DNA of 47,504 nucleotides from Bacteroidales bacterium (GTDB lineage Bacteria; Bacteroidota; Bacteroidia; Bacteroidales; UBA4181), in assembly GCA_031551935.1 (NCBI GenBank), contig JAVBMZ010000073.1:1-47504 (forward strand). Reading direction: 5' to 3'. Below, one piece after another: positions 8,217-17,547 of the stretch. Each line of letters starts with the position of its first letter. The stretch's first letter is position 1. A program made the position numbers and the translations under genes. The notes under the pieces are model-generated. The model was not told where the DNA came from, searched no databases, and was given only the letters and a program-made list of their open reading frames with translations.

Positions 8217-9380
8217 ATGGCGAGAAGAAAACGGATGAACATTGATCGGGCATTTTTTTGTGTTATGGTAGGCATATGGTATGTTTCCGACGGGTTTGCC
8301 GGTTTGCCGAAACAGTTGTCAGATGAATCATATCCGCAATTTCCCGATTTGGTTTACGAATATCGAATCGCTGAACTCAACAAGTCAACACCGATAGAGC
8401 TAACCTATAATCAATACGTTCGCCGGTATATTGATATTTTTACGCTGGAGCGACGTACGCAAGTAGAACGATTTGTGGGCTTATCTGAATTGTATTTTCC
8501 CATTTTCGAGGATTATCTGCTCCGTTATGATTTGCCATTAGAGTTGAAATATTTGGCTGTGGTGGAATCTGGGCTGAATCCTTTAGCGAAATCCCCTTCT
8601 AATGCCATTGGCTTATGGCAGTTTCTGTATCCTACGGCACAAATGTTTGATTTACAGGTCACCTCATATGTTGACGAGCGTTGCGATGTCTATAAATCGA
8701 CAGACGCAGCCTGCCGTTACCTGAAGTATCTGTATCAGGTTTTTGGCGATTGGTCTTTAGCTCTGGCAGCTTATAACGGTGGACCAGGAGAATTGGAAAA
8801 AGCGATTTCCCGTAGCGGTGGCAAAACTGATTTTTGGGATCTATATCCTTACATTACAGAATCCATGCGGAATTATGTTCCCGCTTTCATTGCCATCAAT
8901 TATGTATTTCATCATTATGACCAACATAAACTTACTCCGGAACCTAATTCCATGTCGTTTTATGATTTGGATACTTTACAGGTTTACCATCGCGTAACTT
9001 TTGCCAATATCAGCAAGAAGATAGGATTGAGTGAAGAAACGATCCGTCAGCTTAACCCGTGCTACCGGTTAGACGAGATTCCCGATCTGGGAAAACCGAT
9101 GATTTTGGTGTTGCCAAAAGCAAAAGTGCTTGACTTTATCCATGCTGAAAATAAAATCATTGTGGCAAGGAAGAACGGAGCAATAGATCTTCCGGAAAAT
9201 GCACAAGGTATGGTTTCGATTAACTATGCCGTGCGAAAAGGTGATTTTTTGCACAAAATAGCCATTCGTTATGGATGTACCGTCGATGACATTTGTCGTT
9301 GGAACAATTTAGCCCATAAAAGCCTGTCTGAAGGAACGAAACTCATCATTTGGACGAAGCAGGAACAGTACATGCCGTAG
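8217..9380 (+). CDS. mltD: MltD-like lytic transglycosylase (SLT + LysM)
   Basis: LAVVESGLNP, GLWQF, ALAAYNGG; C-terminal LysM YAVRKGDFLHKIAIRYG. Confidence 0.88.
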   Translation: MARRKRMNIDRAFFCVMVGIWYVSDGFAGLPKQLSDESYPQFPDLVYEYRIAELNKSTPIELTYNQYVRRYIDIFTLERRTQVERFVGLSELYFPIFEDYLLRYDLPLELKYLAVVESGLNPLAKSPSNAIGLWQFLYPTAQMFDLQVTSYVDERCDVYKSTDAACRYLKYLYQVFGDWSLALAAYNGGPGELEKAISRSGGKTDFWDLYPYITESMRNYVPAFIAINYVFHHYDQHKLTPEPNSMSFYDLDTLQVYHRVTFANISKKIGLSEETIRQLNPCYRLDEIPDLGKPMILVLPKAKVLDFIHAENKIIVARKNGAIDLPENAQGMVSINYAVRKGDFLHKIAIRYGCTVDDICRWNNLAHKSLSEGTKLIIWTKQEQYMP

Positions 9381-9541
9381 TCGAGTATGACGGGTAATGC
9401 CTTTCATGTGGTTTCTTTGGATTTCTATTTTGTGTCTTCCCTGCCTTCTTGGCAATTGATCAGCCACAAAGACAATATGAAATAAATCTTGACATTTTAT
9501 ATGTGACATATTCCTAAAGTTATAACTACTTTTTATTTGTT

Positions 9542-10141
9542 TCATTCCTTTTCAAGTTCTTCTATTTCGTCAAGTTCGGCATTGAGTTTTTTGAACCACC
9601 AGTTTTTCCATTTGAGTCTAAAATACAGGGAAACTATCATGACTACAAAACACAATAGTAATGGAGTCAAAGCATATAAGGATACGGGGGTGGGGAAATG
9701 CATATCAAACATCAGAAAAACTCCGATTATCCCGAACGGCATCAACGAATATCCCATTTTTAAGCTTTTTGTATTACATTTTTCAAATTGATTAATATCC
9801 TTTCTGGTAGTGGTAACAGGATTGATGAAATTAATTTTGCGAAGCAGTAAAAAGTGTTTTACCGACCAAAAATATCCAACTAAGCAACATCCACCAAACA
9901 TAAATATTCCCAAAAATAAGTGTATCCCAATATTTAATTTGATTTCCGAAAATGAAAAGATAATTAGCAAAATAAAGGGCGTTAGTAACAAACTAGCTCC
10001 AGTTTGTAATGTTACCCAGTTTATTCTCCGTTCCGGTCTTGCCTTTAACATCTTTTTGAGTATTTCCTTATTTAGCCGGATGTTTTCAGTCAATCGGTGG
10101 TCATATTGTTGCCACATGGCTTGTAATTCATCTAATTCCAT
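9542..10141 (-). CDS. Four-TM membrane protein, putative anti-sigma partner of the adjacent ECF
   Basis: MELDELQAMWQ N-terminus, four hydrophobic segments, starts 4 nt after the ECF stop. Confidence 0.65.
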   Translation of the reverse strand: MELDELQAMWQQYDHRLTENIRLNKEILKKMLKARPERRINWVTLQTGASLLLTPFILLIIFSFSEIKLNIGIHLFLGIFMFGGCCLVGYFWSVKHFLLLRKINFINPVTTTRKDINQFEKCNTKSLKMGYSLMPFGIIGVFLMFDMHFPTPVSLYALTPLLLCFVVMIVSLYFRLKWKNWWFKKLNAELDEIEELEKE

Positions 10142-10145
10142 GACG

Positions 10146-10664
10146 TTAACTTTTACTGTTGGCCATAATTTTTTTGATTTGTTCCTTGATGCGTCCGATA
10201 CGGGTTCCTACATTTGTTTTCGAAATTCCCGTAATGGTTGCAATCTCTTCGTGCGATTTTCCGTCAAGATAGAGCAGGATAATGGCTTTGTTGAAAGCAT
10301 CCAACTGATCGATACACTGGTAGAGGAGCTCCGTTTCGGGCGTATCGTCCTGTTCGGTTAGCCAGTGTAGGCCGTCAAATTGTCTGGTGTCTGACCAAAA
10401 AGAAAATAACGAATCCTTTTTCTTTTTCCGTCGGTAATTCATCGACGTATTCAACGCTACGCGGTATATCCAGGTAGAAATGCTCGATTGTCCCTTGAAT
10501 GTATCGAACGAACGCCACAGTTCCACAACAATATCGTTGGTCAAATCTTCGCGATCGTGGGTAGTATAGGTATAGGCCTTTGCAATTTTAACCACCACAC
10601 CCACATTCGCTTCGAAAACTTTCAGGAATTCGTCCTCTTTGTTCCTATCTTTTTCCAGATCCAT
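10146..10664 (-). CDS. ECF sigma-70 factor
   Basis: DREDLTND, STWIYRVALNT, EEIATITGISKTNVGTRIGRIK; likely start MDLEK at 10664. Confidence 0.92.
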   Translation of the reverse strand: MDLEKDRNKEDEFLKVFEANVGVVVKIAKAYTYTTHDREDLTNDIVVELWRSFDTFKGQSSISTWIYRVALNTSMNYRRKKKKDSLFSFWSDTRQFDGLHWLTEQDDTPETELLYQCIDQLDAFNKAIILLYLDGKSHEEIATITGISKTNVGTRIGRIKEQIKKIMANSKS

Positions 10665-10724
10665 CTTATGTTGGATTTGATGAAAAACGTTACCGGTATG
10701 CTTGTATATGATTAGTAACCTATA

Positions 10725-10740
10725 TGTGAAAAAAATCACA
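10725..10740. promoter_or_regulatory. TGTGA-N6-TCACA palindrome (CRP/FNR-type box) upstream of the ECF gene
   Basis: TGTGAAAAAAATCACA, about 60 nt before the ECF start. Confidence 0.4.
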
Positions 10741-10817
10741 AGATTCTTGATTATTGTGTCATTTATTGATTGTTAGTGCGTATTGTGTGATAGGCATTGG
10801 ATTGAACTAACCTTCTG

Positions 10818-11321
10818 TCAGGTGAAGGCCGTTTTTCCTTCGATATTGACTACCAGCGTATGCCCTATGTGGCTAATGCGTAAATACAGTTTCTTTTCTC
10901 CTTGTATATCCACTACTTCTCCTGAAATTCCTTTTAGCGGTCCGGATGTTATGGTCAATATTTGCCCTTTACGTACTGTGGTGGTTTCTACACTAAAAGA
11001 TAAGTTGCTTTCCACAGTTCTCCGCATGGCGTCAATTTCATGATCAGGAATTGAAACCGCTTGCCCCTTGTGAGAAACATATGACACGACACCTTTTACT
11101 TGGAAAACTTTTCGATACTCAGCGAGGGTGATATGTATAAAAATATACGAATTGATAATAGGGGTTTCTACCCACTTTTTACGATCGCTCCATTGCCGCA
11201 GTTCTTTCCGTAAGGGCAGATAAGCCTCAATTCCCTTGGATTGGAGTTGTTCCAGTACTTTTTTTTCAGCCCTCGATTTAGTGTAGAGGGCAAACCATTG
11301 ATACGTGGCGTCTTCGTTCAT
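10818..11321 (-). CDS. upxY: UpxY-family (NusG/RfaH-like) transcription antiterminator
   Basis: WFALYTKSRAEKKV, RQWSDRKKWVETP, KOW motif ITSGPLKGISG. Confidence 0.9.
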   Translation of the reverse strand: MNEDATYQWFALYTKSRAEKKVLEQLQSKGIEAYLPLRKELRQWSDRKKWVETPIINSYIFIHITLAEYRKVFQVKGVVSYVSHKGQAVSIPDHEIDAMRRTVESNLSFSVETTTVRKGQILTITSGPLKGISGEVVDIQGEKKLYLRISHIGHTLVVNIEGKTAFT

Positions 11322-11781
11322 AAAAACTCCAACTTAATCAGTATGAGGGGATTTTTGTTTGTAATTTGCTATGAATGTTCATCGCTTTTTAACCGCATAC
11401 AATACGTTTTGAACAGTTAACATATGTCGAAGCAATTTTACCACAAGCATCGAACAAAAGTAATGCAAAGGCATCAAAATAAAAAATGGGAATGCTTTTA
11501 TGTATTGGTCTCCTACAAAGGTCGTAAAACGTTAAACCATTAAGAAGATTACCAACGTTCCAACGTTTATAACGATTAATGTACGTGGATAAATAAGATC
11601 AACAGTTCATATTCTCATGGGTAAAAGGCAATTAGATTTGCTTTTGTGACGCTATCAGTTTTTGAAAATATTCTTTATCATAAATTACTTATAAATACAT
11701 AATAATCTTATTTTCAATTATTTAAATTTATTTTTGAGAAGCAGGTGATGTTTGATGATAAAAAGTTATCAACAAAAACAC

Positions 11782-11811
11782 AAAAAGTGGTAAAAAGTGG
11801 TAAAAAGTGGG
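11782..11811 (+). promoter_or_regulatory. MraZ operator: three 10-bp-spaced AAAAAGTGG direct repeats
   Basis: caaaaagtgg taaaaagtgg taaaaagtgg g directly upstream of mraZ; matches the known GTGG/TGGG repeat architecture. Confidence 0.85.
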
Positions 11812-11844
11812 ATTATTTTATATAGTTTTACGGCAATTTGTATC

Positions 11845-12324
11845 ATGGGTGTAATGACAATATTCACAGGCGAATATGATTGCAAGGTAGATGCTAAAGG
11901 ACGCGTTATGTTGCCGGTTGCCTTCCGTAAACAAATGGGAGAAGCGGAGCTATGTCGTTTTGTTCTCAAAAAAGATATGTATGAATCGTGTTTGGAGTTA
12001 TACACGATGGATGAGTGGGAGCGGCAGAACAAGCTGATTCTGAAAAATACGGAACCATACAATCCTGAACACCGGCAGTTTATTCGCGATTTCAGGATGG
12101 GGGCGGTTGAAGTGGAGTGTGACAATGCCGGCAGGATGTTAATCCCGGCACGTTTGTTAAAACAGGCAAATATTGTCAAGGATGTGGTATTGTCAGGAAA
12201 TATTGGTAAGATAGAGATATGGTCACCTGAGCAATATCACCACAGCGGTGGCGATATAGCTGTGAAACGTGATCGCGCGCAACATATCATGAAGGGAGTA
12301 ACTTATAATCTCGACGATCTATGA
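11845..12324 (+). CDS. mraZ: dcw transcriptional regulator MraZ
   Basis: FTGEYDCKVDAKGRV and DNAGRMLIP repeats; start at 11845 or 11854. Confidence 0.95.
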   Translation: MGVMTIFTGEYDCKVDAKGRVMLPVAFRKQMGEAELCRFVLKKDMYESCLELYTMDEWERQNKLILKNTEPYNPEHRQFIRDFRMGAVEVECDNAGRMLIPARLLKQANIVKDVVLSGNIGKIEIWSPEQYHHSGGDIAVKRDRAQHIMKGVTYNLDDL

Positions 12325-13223
12325 GCTATCATGTGCCTGCGCTTTTACGCGAAAGTATTGACGGGCTAAATATTCGCCCTGACGGTGTCTATGTGGATGT
12401 CACTTTTGGCGGTGGCGGGCACTCGCGTGCAATCATAGATCGGTTGACCAGCGGTCGCTTGATCGCCTTAGACCAAGATACAGATGCCCTTGAAAACAGT
12501 TTTCCGGACGAACGCTTGATCGTAGCGCATGGTAATTTTCGGTTTTTGCAGCATTATCTTGCCCATTATGGTTACCGGCAAGTGGATGGTATTTTAGCAG
12601 ATTTAGGGGTGTCATCGCATCATTTTGATGAAGTAAAACGTGGATTCACTTTTCAATACGATGCTCCGCTTGATATGCGGATGAATACCTCCGGAACTTT
12701 AACCGCAGCGGCAATTGTCAACCAATATCCTGAAGATAGCCTCCGGTCTATTTTTAGACAATATGGAGAGCTTATTCATTCGTCGCGGCTTGCCAAACAA
12801 ATTGTTGCGACTCGTCAATATCAAACCATCGAGCGCAATGGGCAATTGGTGGAGGCCATCAAATCGTGTATTCCCCGTGGAGAAGAAAATAAATATTTGG
12901 CCAAAGTTTTTCAGGCATTGCGCATCGAAGTAAATGGTGAATTGGAGAACCTCAAAGCCTTGTTGCAACAAAGCCTTAATTTGTTACCTGCTGGTGGACG
13001 ATTGGTTATGATTACCTACCATTCCTTGGAAGATCGTTTGGTTAAGAATTTTTTCAAAAATGGGCTGTTCGAAGGCAATGCCGAAAAAGATATTTATGGC
13101 AACGTAAATGTACCGTTCCGCCAGGTGAACAACAAGGTAATCGTTCCGACGGACGGGGAAATTGCATCAAATAGTCGTTCGCGAAGCGCTAAATTGAGGA
13201 TAGGAGAAAGGATAAGCCACTAA
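12321..13223 (+). CDS. rsmH: 16S rRNA m4C1402 methyltransferase
   Basis: YHVP, DVTFGGGGHS, DLGVSS, PLDMRM, FQALRIEVN, RSRSAKLR. Confidence 0.97.
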   Translation: MSYHVPALLRESIDGLNIRPDGVYVDVTFGGGGHSRAIIDRLTSGRLIALDQDTDALENSFPDERLIVAHGNFRFLQHYLAHYGYRQVDGILADLGVSSHHFDEVKRGFTFQYDAPLDMRMNTSGTLTAAAIVNQYPEDSLRSIFRQYGELIHSSRLAKQIVATRQYQTIERNGQLVEAIKSCIPRGEENKYLAKVFQALRIEVNGELENLKALLQQSLNLLPAGGRLVMITYHSLEDRLVKNFFKNGLFEGNAEKDIYGNVNVPFRQVNNKVIVPTDGEIASNSRSRSAKLRIGERISH

Positions 13224-13285
13224 ATCCCCAAAGGGGACTTGCGCAAAGCGCGGTTTGTCGTAACCCCCCTTGGGGGTCGGGGGTC
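13221..13285. repeat. GC-rich double-hairpin, REP-like element
   Basis: TCCCC-AAA-GGGGA (13225-13237) and ACCCCC-CTT-GGGGGT (13263-13277), followed by CGGGGG. Confidence 0.6.
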
Positions 13286-13298
13286 TCACTAAAAGAAA

Positions 13299-13664
13299 AT
13301 GAGTAAGGAAAGAGTTGAATTTGTCGATAGCAAGAAAGAAAGCGAAGAGCTGAAAGGACGATCATTCAGGGATATCTTGAATGGTTCGTTGCTCACACGC
13401 GATATCATCCTGAAAAATATTGGATTTATCGTGTGGCTGACTTTTTTGGGGATTATCTATATCGGCAATCGTTATCACGCTGAAAAAGTTGCACGATCTA
13501 TGAATCATCTGCAACAGGAAGTAAAAGATTTACGTGCGGAATCCATCACAACAGCAGCTGAATTGATGTATATCAGCAGGCAATCGGTAGTGATACAAAT
13601 GGTTAAAAACAATCATTTAGAGTTGAAAGAGGCGGTGGAACCACCTTTTAAAATAGAAAAGTAA
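13299..13664 (+). CDS. ftsL: FtsL-like cell division protein
   Basis: Single TM followed by coiled coil (YIGNRY...EVKDLR); lies between rsmH and ftsI. Confidence 0.85.
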   Translation: MSKERVEFVDSKKESEELKGRSFRDILNGSLLTRDIILKNIGFIVWLTFLGIIYIGNRYHAEKVARSMNHLQQEVKDLRAESITTAAELMYISRQSVVIQMVKNNHLELKEAVEPPFKIEK

Positions 13665-13734
13665 TCGATTTTTGATTTTGATGGACAATTTTCGATGGGA
13701 ACCTTCCATTATCAAAAATCAAAAATATAAAATG
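13665..13734. repeat. Inverted 7-bp-periodic repeat forming a long stem-loop between ftsL and ftsI
   Basis: ATTTTTGATTTTGAT (13668-13682) pairs with ATCAAAAATCAAAAAT (13711-13726). Confidence 0.65.
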
Positions 13735-13738
13735 ACGG

Positions 13739-15856
13739 GTGTCTGTCAAAAAAGATATTTTATTTCGTGTTGGCGTAGTTTACTTCGCCGTGCTGATAAT
13801 GGCCGTACTCATTATTGGTAAGGCATTGTACACACAAATATCGGAGGGTGCCGAATTGACAAAAATGATGGAAAGGATTAGCTTAAAGGATATCATTATC
13901 GAGCCCAACCGAGGCGACATATTGGCGACAGACGGCCGTATACTGGCTACCTCTCTTCCATCATACGAAATCAGAATGGATACCCGTGCTACCGGATTAA
14001 GCGACGAAATATTCAACTCAAAAATCGATTCATTAGCACAAAGCCTTTCTAAATTATTGGGAAAAAAGCCGGCTTCCATGTACAAACAGGAAATCACGAA
14101 TGCACGGAAACAAGGCAAGCGTTATTTTCTTATCGATGGGAGGGTCGATTACAACGAACTAAAAGCAATTAAAAAATTTCCTATTTTCAGATTGGGTACT
14201 AACAAGGGAGGTTTGATAACTGTACAGGAAAATATTCGCAAACAACCTCATGGCGGTTTGGCTGCACGTACTATTGGTTATCTGACAAAAGATCCCAATG
14301 GTAATTTTCCGGGACTGGAAGGCGCTTATGATACTTATCTGCGTGGTGAACGTGGAGTCGGTGTAATGCAAAAGCTTCCGGGTGGCACATTGATGCCTGT
14401 CAATGGGGTTAATTCTGTGGAGCCGAAGGATGGGGGCGATGTTGTGTCCACTATTAATGTCGACATACAGGATGTAGCAGAAACTAGCTTGCGTAAACGA
14501 TTGATATACCACAATGCGCATCACGGAACGGCAGTGGTGATGGAAGTCGCCACAGGAGAAGTAAAAGCCATCGTCAATCTCGGGAAAGACGAATATGGCA
14601 ACTATCGTGAATTATATAACTATGCATTAGGAGAATCCATCGAACCGGGATCCACTTTTAAGTTGATGTCATATATGGTAGCTTTTGAGGATGGCTATAT
14701 TCAGCCTACGGATTCGGTGAATAATGGGGATGGAGCTGTGTTTTATTATGGAAAAAAGGTACATGATGACCAACGACGTGAAACCCTCGGGTGGCTCTCA
14801 GTGGAAAAGGCATTTGCACATTCATCGAATGTTAGTGTCACTAAAATCATTAGCCAGCATTATAAGGGTAAGGAAAAACAGTTTATCGACCGCCTGTATA
14901 GCATGAACCTGAATCAAAAACTTGGTTTGGAACTGAGTGGAGAAGGCGAACCCGATATCAAATATCCGGGTAGCAAGTATTGGTCAGGCTTATCACTCAC
15001 CCAGATGGCTTATGGTTATGAAGTCCGTTTGGCGCCTATTCATGTGCTTACTTTTTACAACGCGGTGGCAAATGATGGAAAAATGGTGAGACCAAGATTT
15101 GTTAAGGAACTTACCCGGCACGGATCGGTAGAAAAAGTGAATAACGTAGAAGTGATTAAATCCTCAATTGCATCATCGGCTACCATACGTAAGATGAAAA
15201 AGATGATGGAAGCCGTGGTGGAATACGGTACCGCCAAACGTATCAAAACCGATCTGTATCCGATTGCCGGTAAGTCGGGAACAGCTCAAGTCGCCAATGA
15301 CAAATACGGTTACCGTGGCGAAAGGAAGTATTATGCTTCTTTTGTGGGGTATTTTCCGGCAGACCGTCCTAAATATTCTTGTATTGTGAGTATTTATGCG
15401 CCTACCGTTAATGGATACGGTGGTGGTGCAGTGGCTGCTCCAGTATTTCGCGAAATCTCTGATAAAGTTTATGCTGCTGACCCTGATATGCACGAAGTAT
15501 TGAAACCTGCAAAAAGAGGTGATATGACAGATATGCCCTATTCAAAATCAGGATACTATGTTGATTTGAATTACGTGCTTAAAGAATTGAAAATATCCAC
15601 ACAAAAGGAAAATGACAAAACCAATTGGGTAACAGCCAGTAGTGGCGATACGCAAGTAACTTTGAAGAAGCGTGTCATTGATAAGAACCTTATTCCTAAT
15701 GTAGTCGATATGGGTTTAAAAGATGCACTTTTCCTGCTCGAAGAAAGAGGATTACAGGTTTCTGTTCGTGGGCGTGGTCGGGTTGTCTCACAATCATTGG
15801 TGGCTGGCAGCAGGATTGTTTCAAATAGCATCATTGTGTTGGAAATGAGTCAATAA
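13739..15856 (+). CDS. ftsI: Penicillin-binding protein FtsI with C-terminal PASTA domain
   Basis: RGDILATDG, EPGSTFK (SxxK), SSN, KSGTAQ, PNVVDM. Confidence 0.95.
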   Translation: MSVKKDILFRVGVVYFAVLIMAVLIIGKALYTQISEGAELTKMMERISLKDIIIEPNRGDILATDGRILATSLPSYEIRMDTRATGLSDEIFNSKIDSLAQSLSKLLGKKPASMYKQEITNARKQGKRYFLIDGRVDYNELKAIKKFPIFRLGTNKGGLITVQENIRKQPHGGLAARTIGYLTKDPNGNFPGLEGAYDTYLRGERGVGVMQKLPGGTLMPVNGVNSVEPKDGGDVVSTINVDIQDVAETSLRKRLIYHNAHHGTAVVMEVATGEVKAIVNLGKDEYGNYRELYNYALGESIEPGSTFKLMSYMVAFEDGYIQPTDSVNNGDGAVFYYGKKVHDDQRRETLGWLSVEKAFAHSSNVSVTKIISQHYKGKEKQFIDRLYSMNLNQKLGLELSGEGEPDIKYPGSKYWSGLSLTQMAYGYEVRLAPIHVLTFYNAVANDGKMVRPRFVKELTRHGSVEKVNNVEVIKSSIASSATIRKMKKMMEAVVEYGTAKRIKTDLYPIAGKSGTAQVANDKYGYRGERKYYASFVGYFPADRPKYSCIVSIYAPTVNGYGGGAVAAPVFREISDKVYAADPDMHEVLKPAKRGDMTDMPYSKSGYYVDLNYVLKELKISTQKENDKTNWVTASSGDTQVTLKKRVIDKNLIPNVVDMGLKDALFLLEERGLQVSVRGRGRVVSQSLVAGSRIVSNSIIVLEMSQ

Positions 15857-15886
15857 TATTTTGGAAATAAATAAACGTTCAATGTA

Positions 15887-17356
15887 TTGAAAACGCTTGC
15901 AGATATAGTTTGGAAAATTCCCGCCGTTTCAGTTACCGGCGATCTGAACATACCTATTTTGTCCATCTGTTTTGATTCGCGAAAAGCGGTTCCCGGCAGC
16001 CTATTTGTGGCTATTCGAGGCACTGCCAATGACGGACACAAATACATTGCAGATGTAGTCAGGCAGGGTGTATCGGCGATTGTTTGCGAAGAAATACCCA
16101 AATCCATCCGGCATGACATCACTTATGTCATCACCAGCGATTCGGCCTTGGCGTTAGGGTTGCTTTGCAACGAGTTTTATGATCGCCCGTCGAAAAAATT
16201 GACGTTAGTGGGCGTTACGGGAACGAATGGTAAAACTACCACAGCAACCATACTATATCAATTATTCCGTAAGTTAGATTATAAAGCAGGTTTAATTTCA
16301 ACAGTAGCTTATTACGTCAACGAGCAACGAAGCGAAGCGTCGCATACCACGCCTGATCCTGTACAGCTAAATGCACTCTTGGCGGACATGGTGAAGCAAG
16401 GATGCACTTACTGTTTTATGGAAGTCAGTTCACATTCGGTAGTACAACAGCGTATTGCCGGATTGCATTTTGCCGGTGGAATTTTCACGAACTTGACACA
16501 TGATCATTTGGATTTTCACAAGACTTTTGCAGAATACCTGAAAGCTAAAAAGCAATTTTTCGACCATTTACCTGCTACGGCCTTTGCGTTAATCAATAAA
16601 GACGACCGTAACGGGATGGTTATGGTTCAGAATACCAAGGCAAATGTCGCCACCTATGCATTGAAAAGTATGGCAGATTTCCGTTGTCGGTTGATAGAAA
16701 GCCATTTTGATGGAATGCAATTACAAATGGACGGACATGACGTATGGATGCGTTTTATTGGAGAATTCAATGCCTATAACCTTTTGGCTGTATATGCAAC
16801 AGCTATCTTATTGGGTCAAGAAACACAGGAAGTACTTTCCGTGATGAGTACATTAATCCCTGTGGATGGGCGTTTTGAATACATACGTTCAAATAACAAT
16901 GTCACGGCAGTGGTAGATTACGCACATACACCGGATGCCGTCGACAATGTGTTGAAGGCTATACGTCAAATTCTGCCAACAGCATCCGCTCAAATCATCA
17001 CAGTAGTGGGTGCCGGCGGTGACCGCGATAAAACAAAACGCCCTGAAATGGCAAAAATCGCCGCCGACAATAGCGATCGTGTGATACTTACGTCCGATAA
17101 TCCACGTAGCGAAAAACCGGAGGATATCATTAACGATATGTTTGCAGGATTGGATGCTGAGGAACGCCGCAAAACGATTTCAATTGTCGATCGTCGTGAA
17201 GCTATCCGGACGGCTTGTATGATGGCTAACCCGGGAGATGTGGTACTGATAGCCGGTAAAGGTCATGAAACATACCAGATAGTAAAAGGGGTCAAGTCGT
17301 ATTTTGACGATCGGGAAGTAGTCAGGGAAATGTTTCAATTGAGCATGGAGCATTAA
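15887..17356 (+). CDS. murE: UDP-MurNAc-dipeptide:meso-DAP ligase
   Basis: GVTGTNGKTT, MEVSSH, DYAHTPD, DNPR, GKGHE. Confidence 0.97.
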   Translation: MKTLADIVWKIPAVSVTGDLNIPILSICFDSRKAVPGSLFVAIRGTANDGHKYIADVVRQGVSAIVCEEIPKSIRHDITYVITSDSALALGLLCNEFYDRPSKKLTLVGVTGTNGKTTTATILYQLFRKLDYKAGLISTVAYYVNEQRSEASHTTPDPVQLNALLADMVKQGCTYCFMEVSSHSVVQQRIAGLHFAGGIFTNLTHDHLDFHKTFAEYLKAKKQFFDHLPATAFALINKDDRNGMVMVQNTKANVATYALKSMADFRCRLIESHFDGMQLQMDGHDVWMRFIGEFNAYNLLAVYATAILLGQETQEVLSVMSTLIPVDGRFEYIRSNNNVTAVVDYAHTPDAVDNVLKAIRQILPTASAQIITVVGAGGDRDKTKRPEMAKIAADNSDRVILTSDNPRSEKPEDIINDMFAGLDAEERRKTISIVDRREAIRTACMMANPGDVVLIAGKGHETYQIVKGVKSYFDDREVVREMFQLSMEH

Positions 17357-17379
17357 CTTCGTTGAACTCGCAAGCTCGG

Positions 17380-17543
17380 TTGAAAATTGAAACAGGAGGA
17401 AAAAATATGTTCAGGAATGAATCAAACTTTTGGCCAGTGTCGTGAAAACAATAAAAACTGAAAATAGAAATGGATAAGAGTCAACATAAATTATAAAATC
17501 GAATAATTTTCAATTCTCAATTTTCAATGCTTAATTTTTAATT
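17380..17543. repeat. Inverted heptamer arms bracketing a gene remnant
   Basis: Left arm TTGAAAATTGAAA (17380-17392); right arm AATTTTC AATTCTC AATTTTC AATGCTT AATTTTT (17505-17539). Confidence 0.7.
17409..17477 (+). pseudogene. Probable C-terminal remnant of a four-helix-bundle (23S rRNA IVP-like) protein
   Basis: Translates VQE*IKLLASVVKTIKTENRNG*, resembling the family's terminal helix (EELIKLLxSIVKT). Confidence 0.5.
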
Positions 17544-17547
17544 AATC

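Noticed and set aside
9810-10361. 183-aa plus-strand ORF
   Set aside because: Antisense to the ECF/anti-sigma pair and has no motifs
11527-11580. AACGTT-like short repeats in the upxY-mraZ spacer as invertible-promoter ends
   Set aside because: Irregular spacing, no clear pair of long inverted repeats around a promoter, and no recombinase nearby
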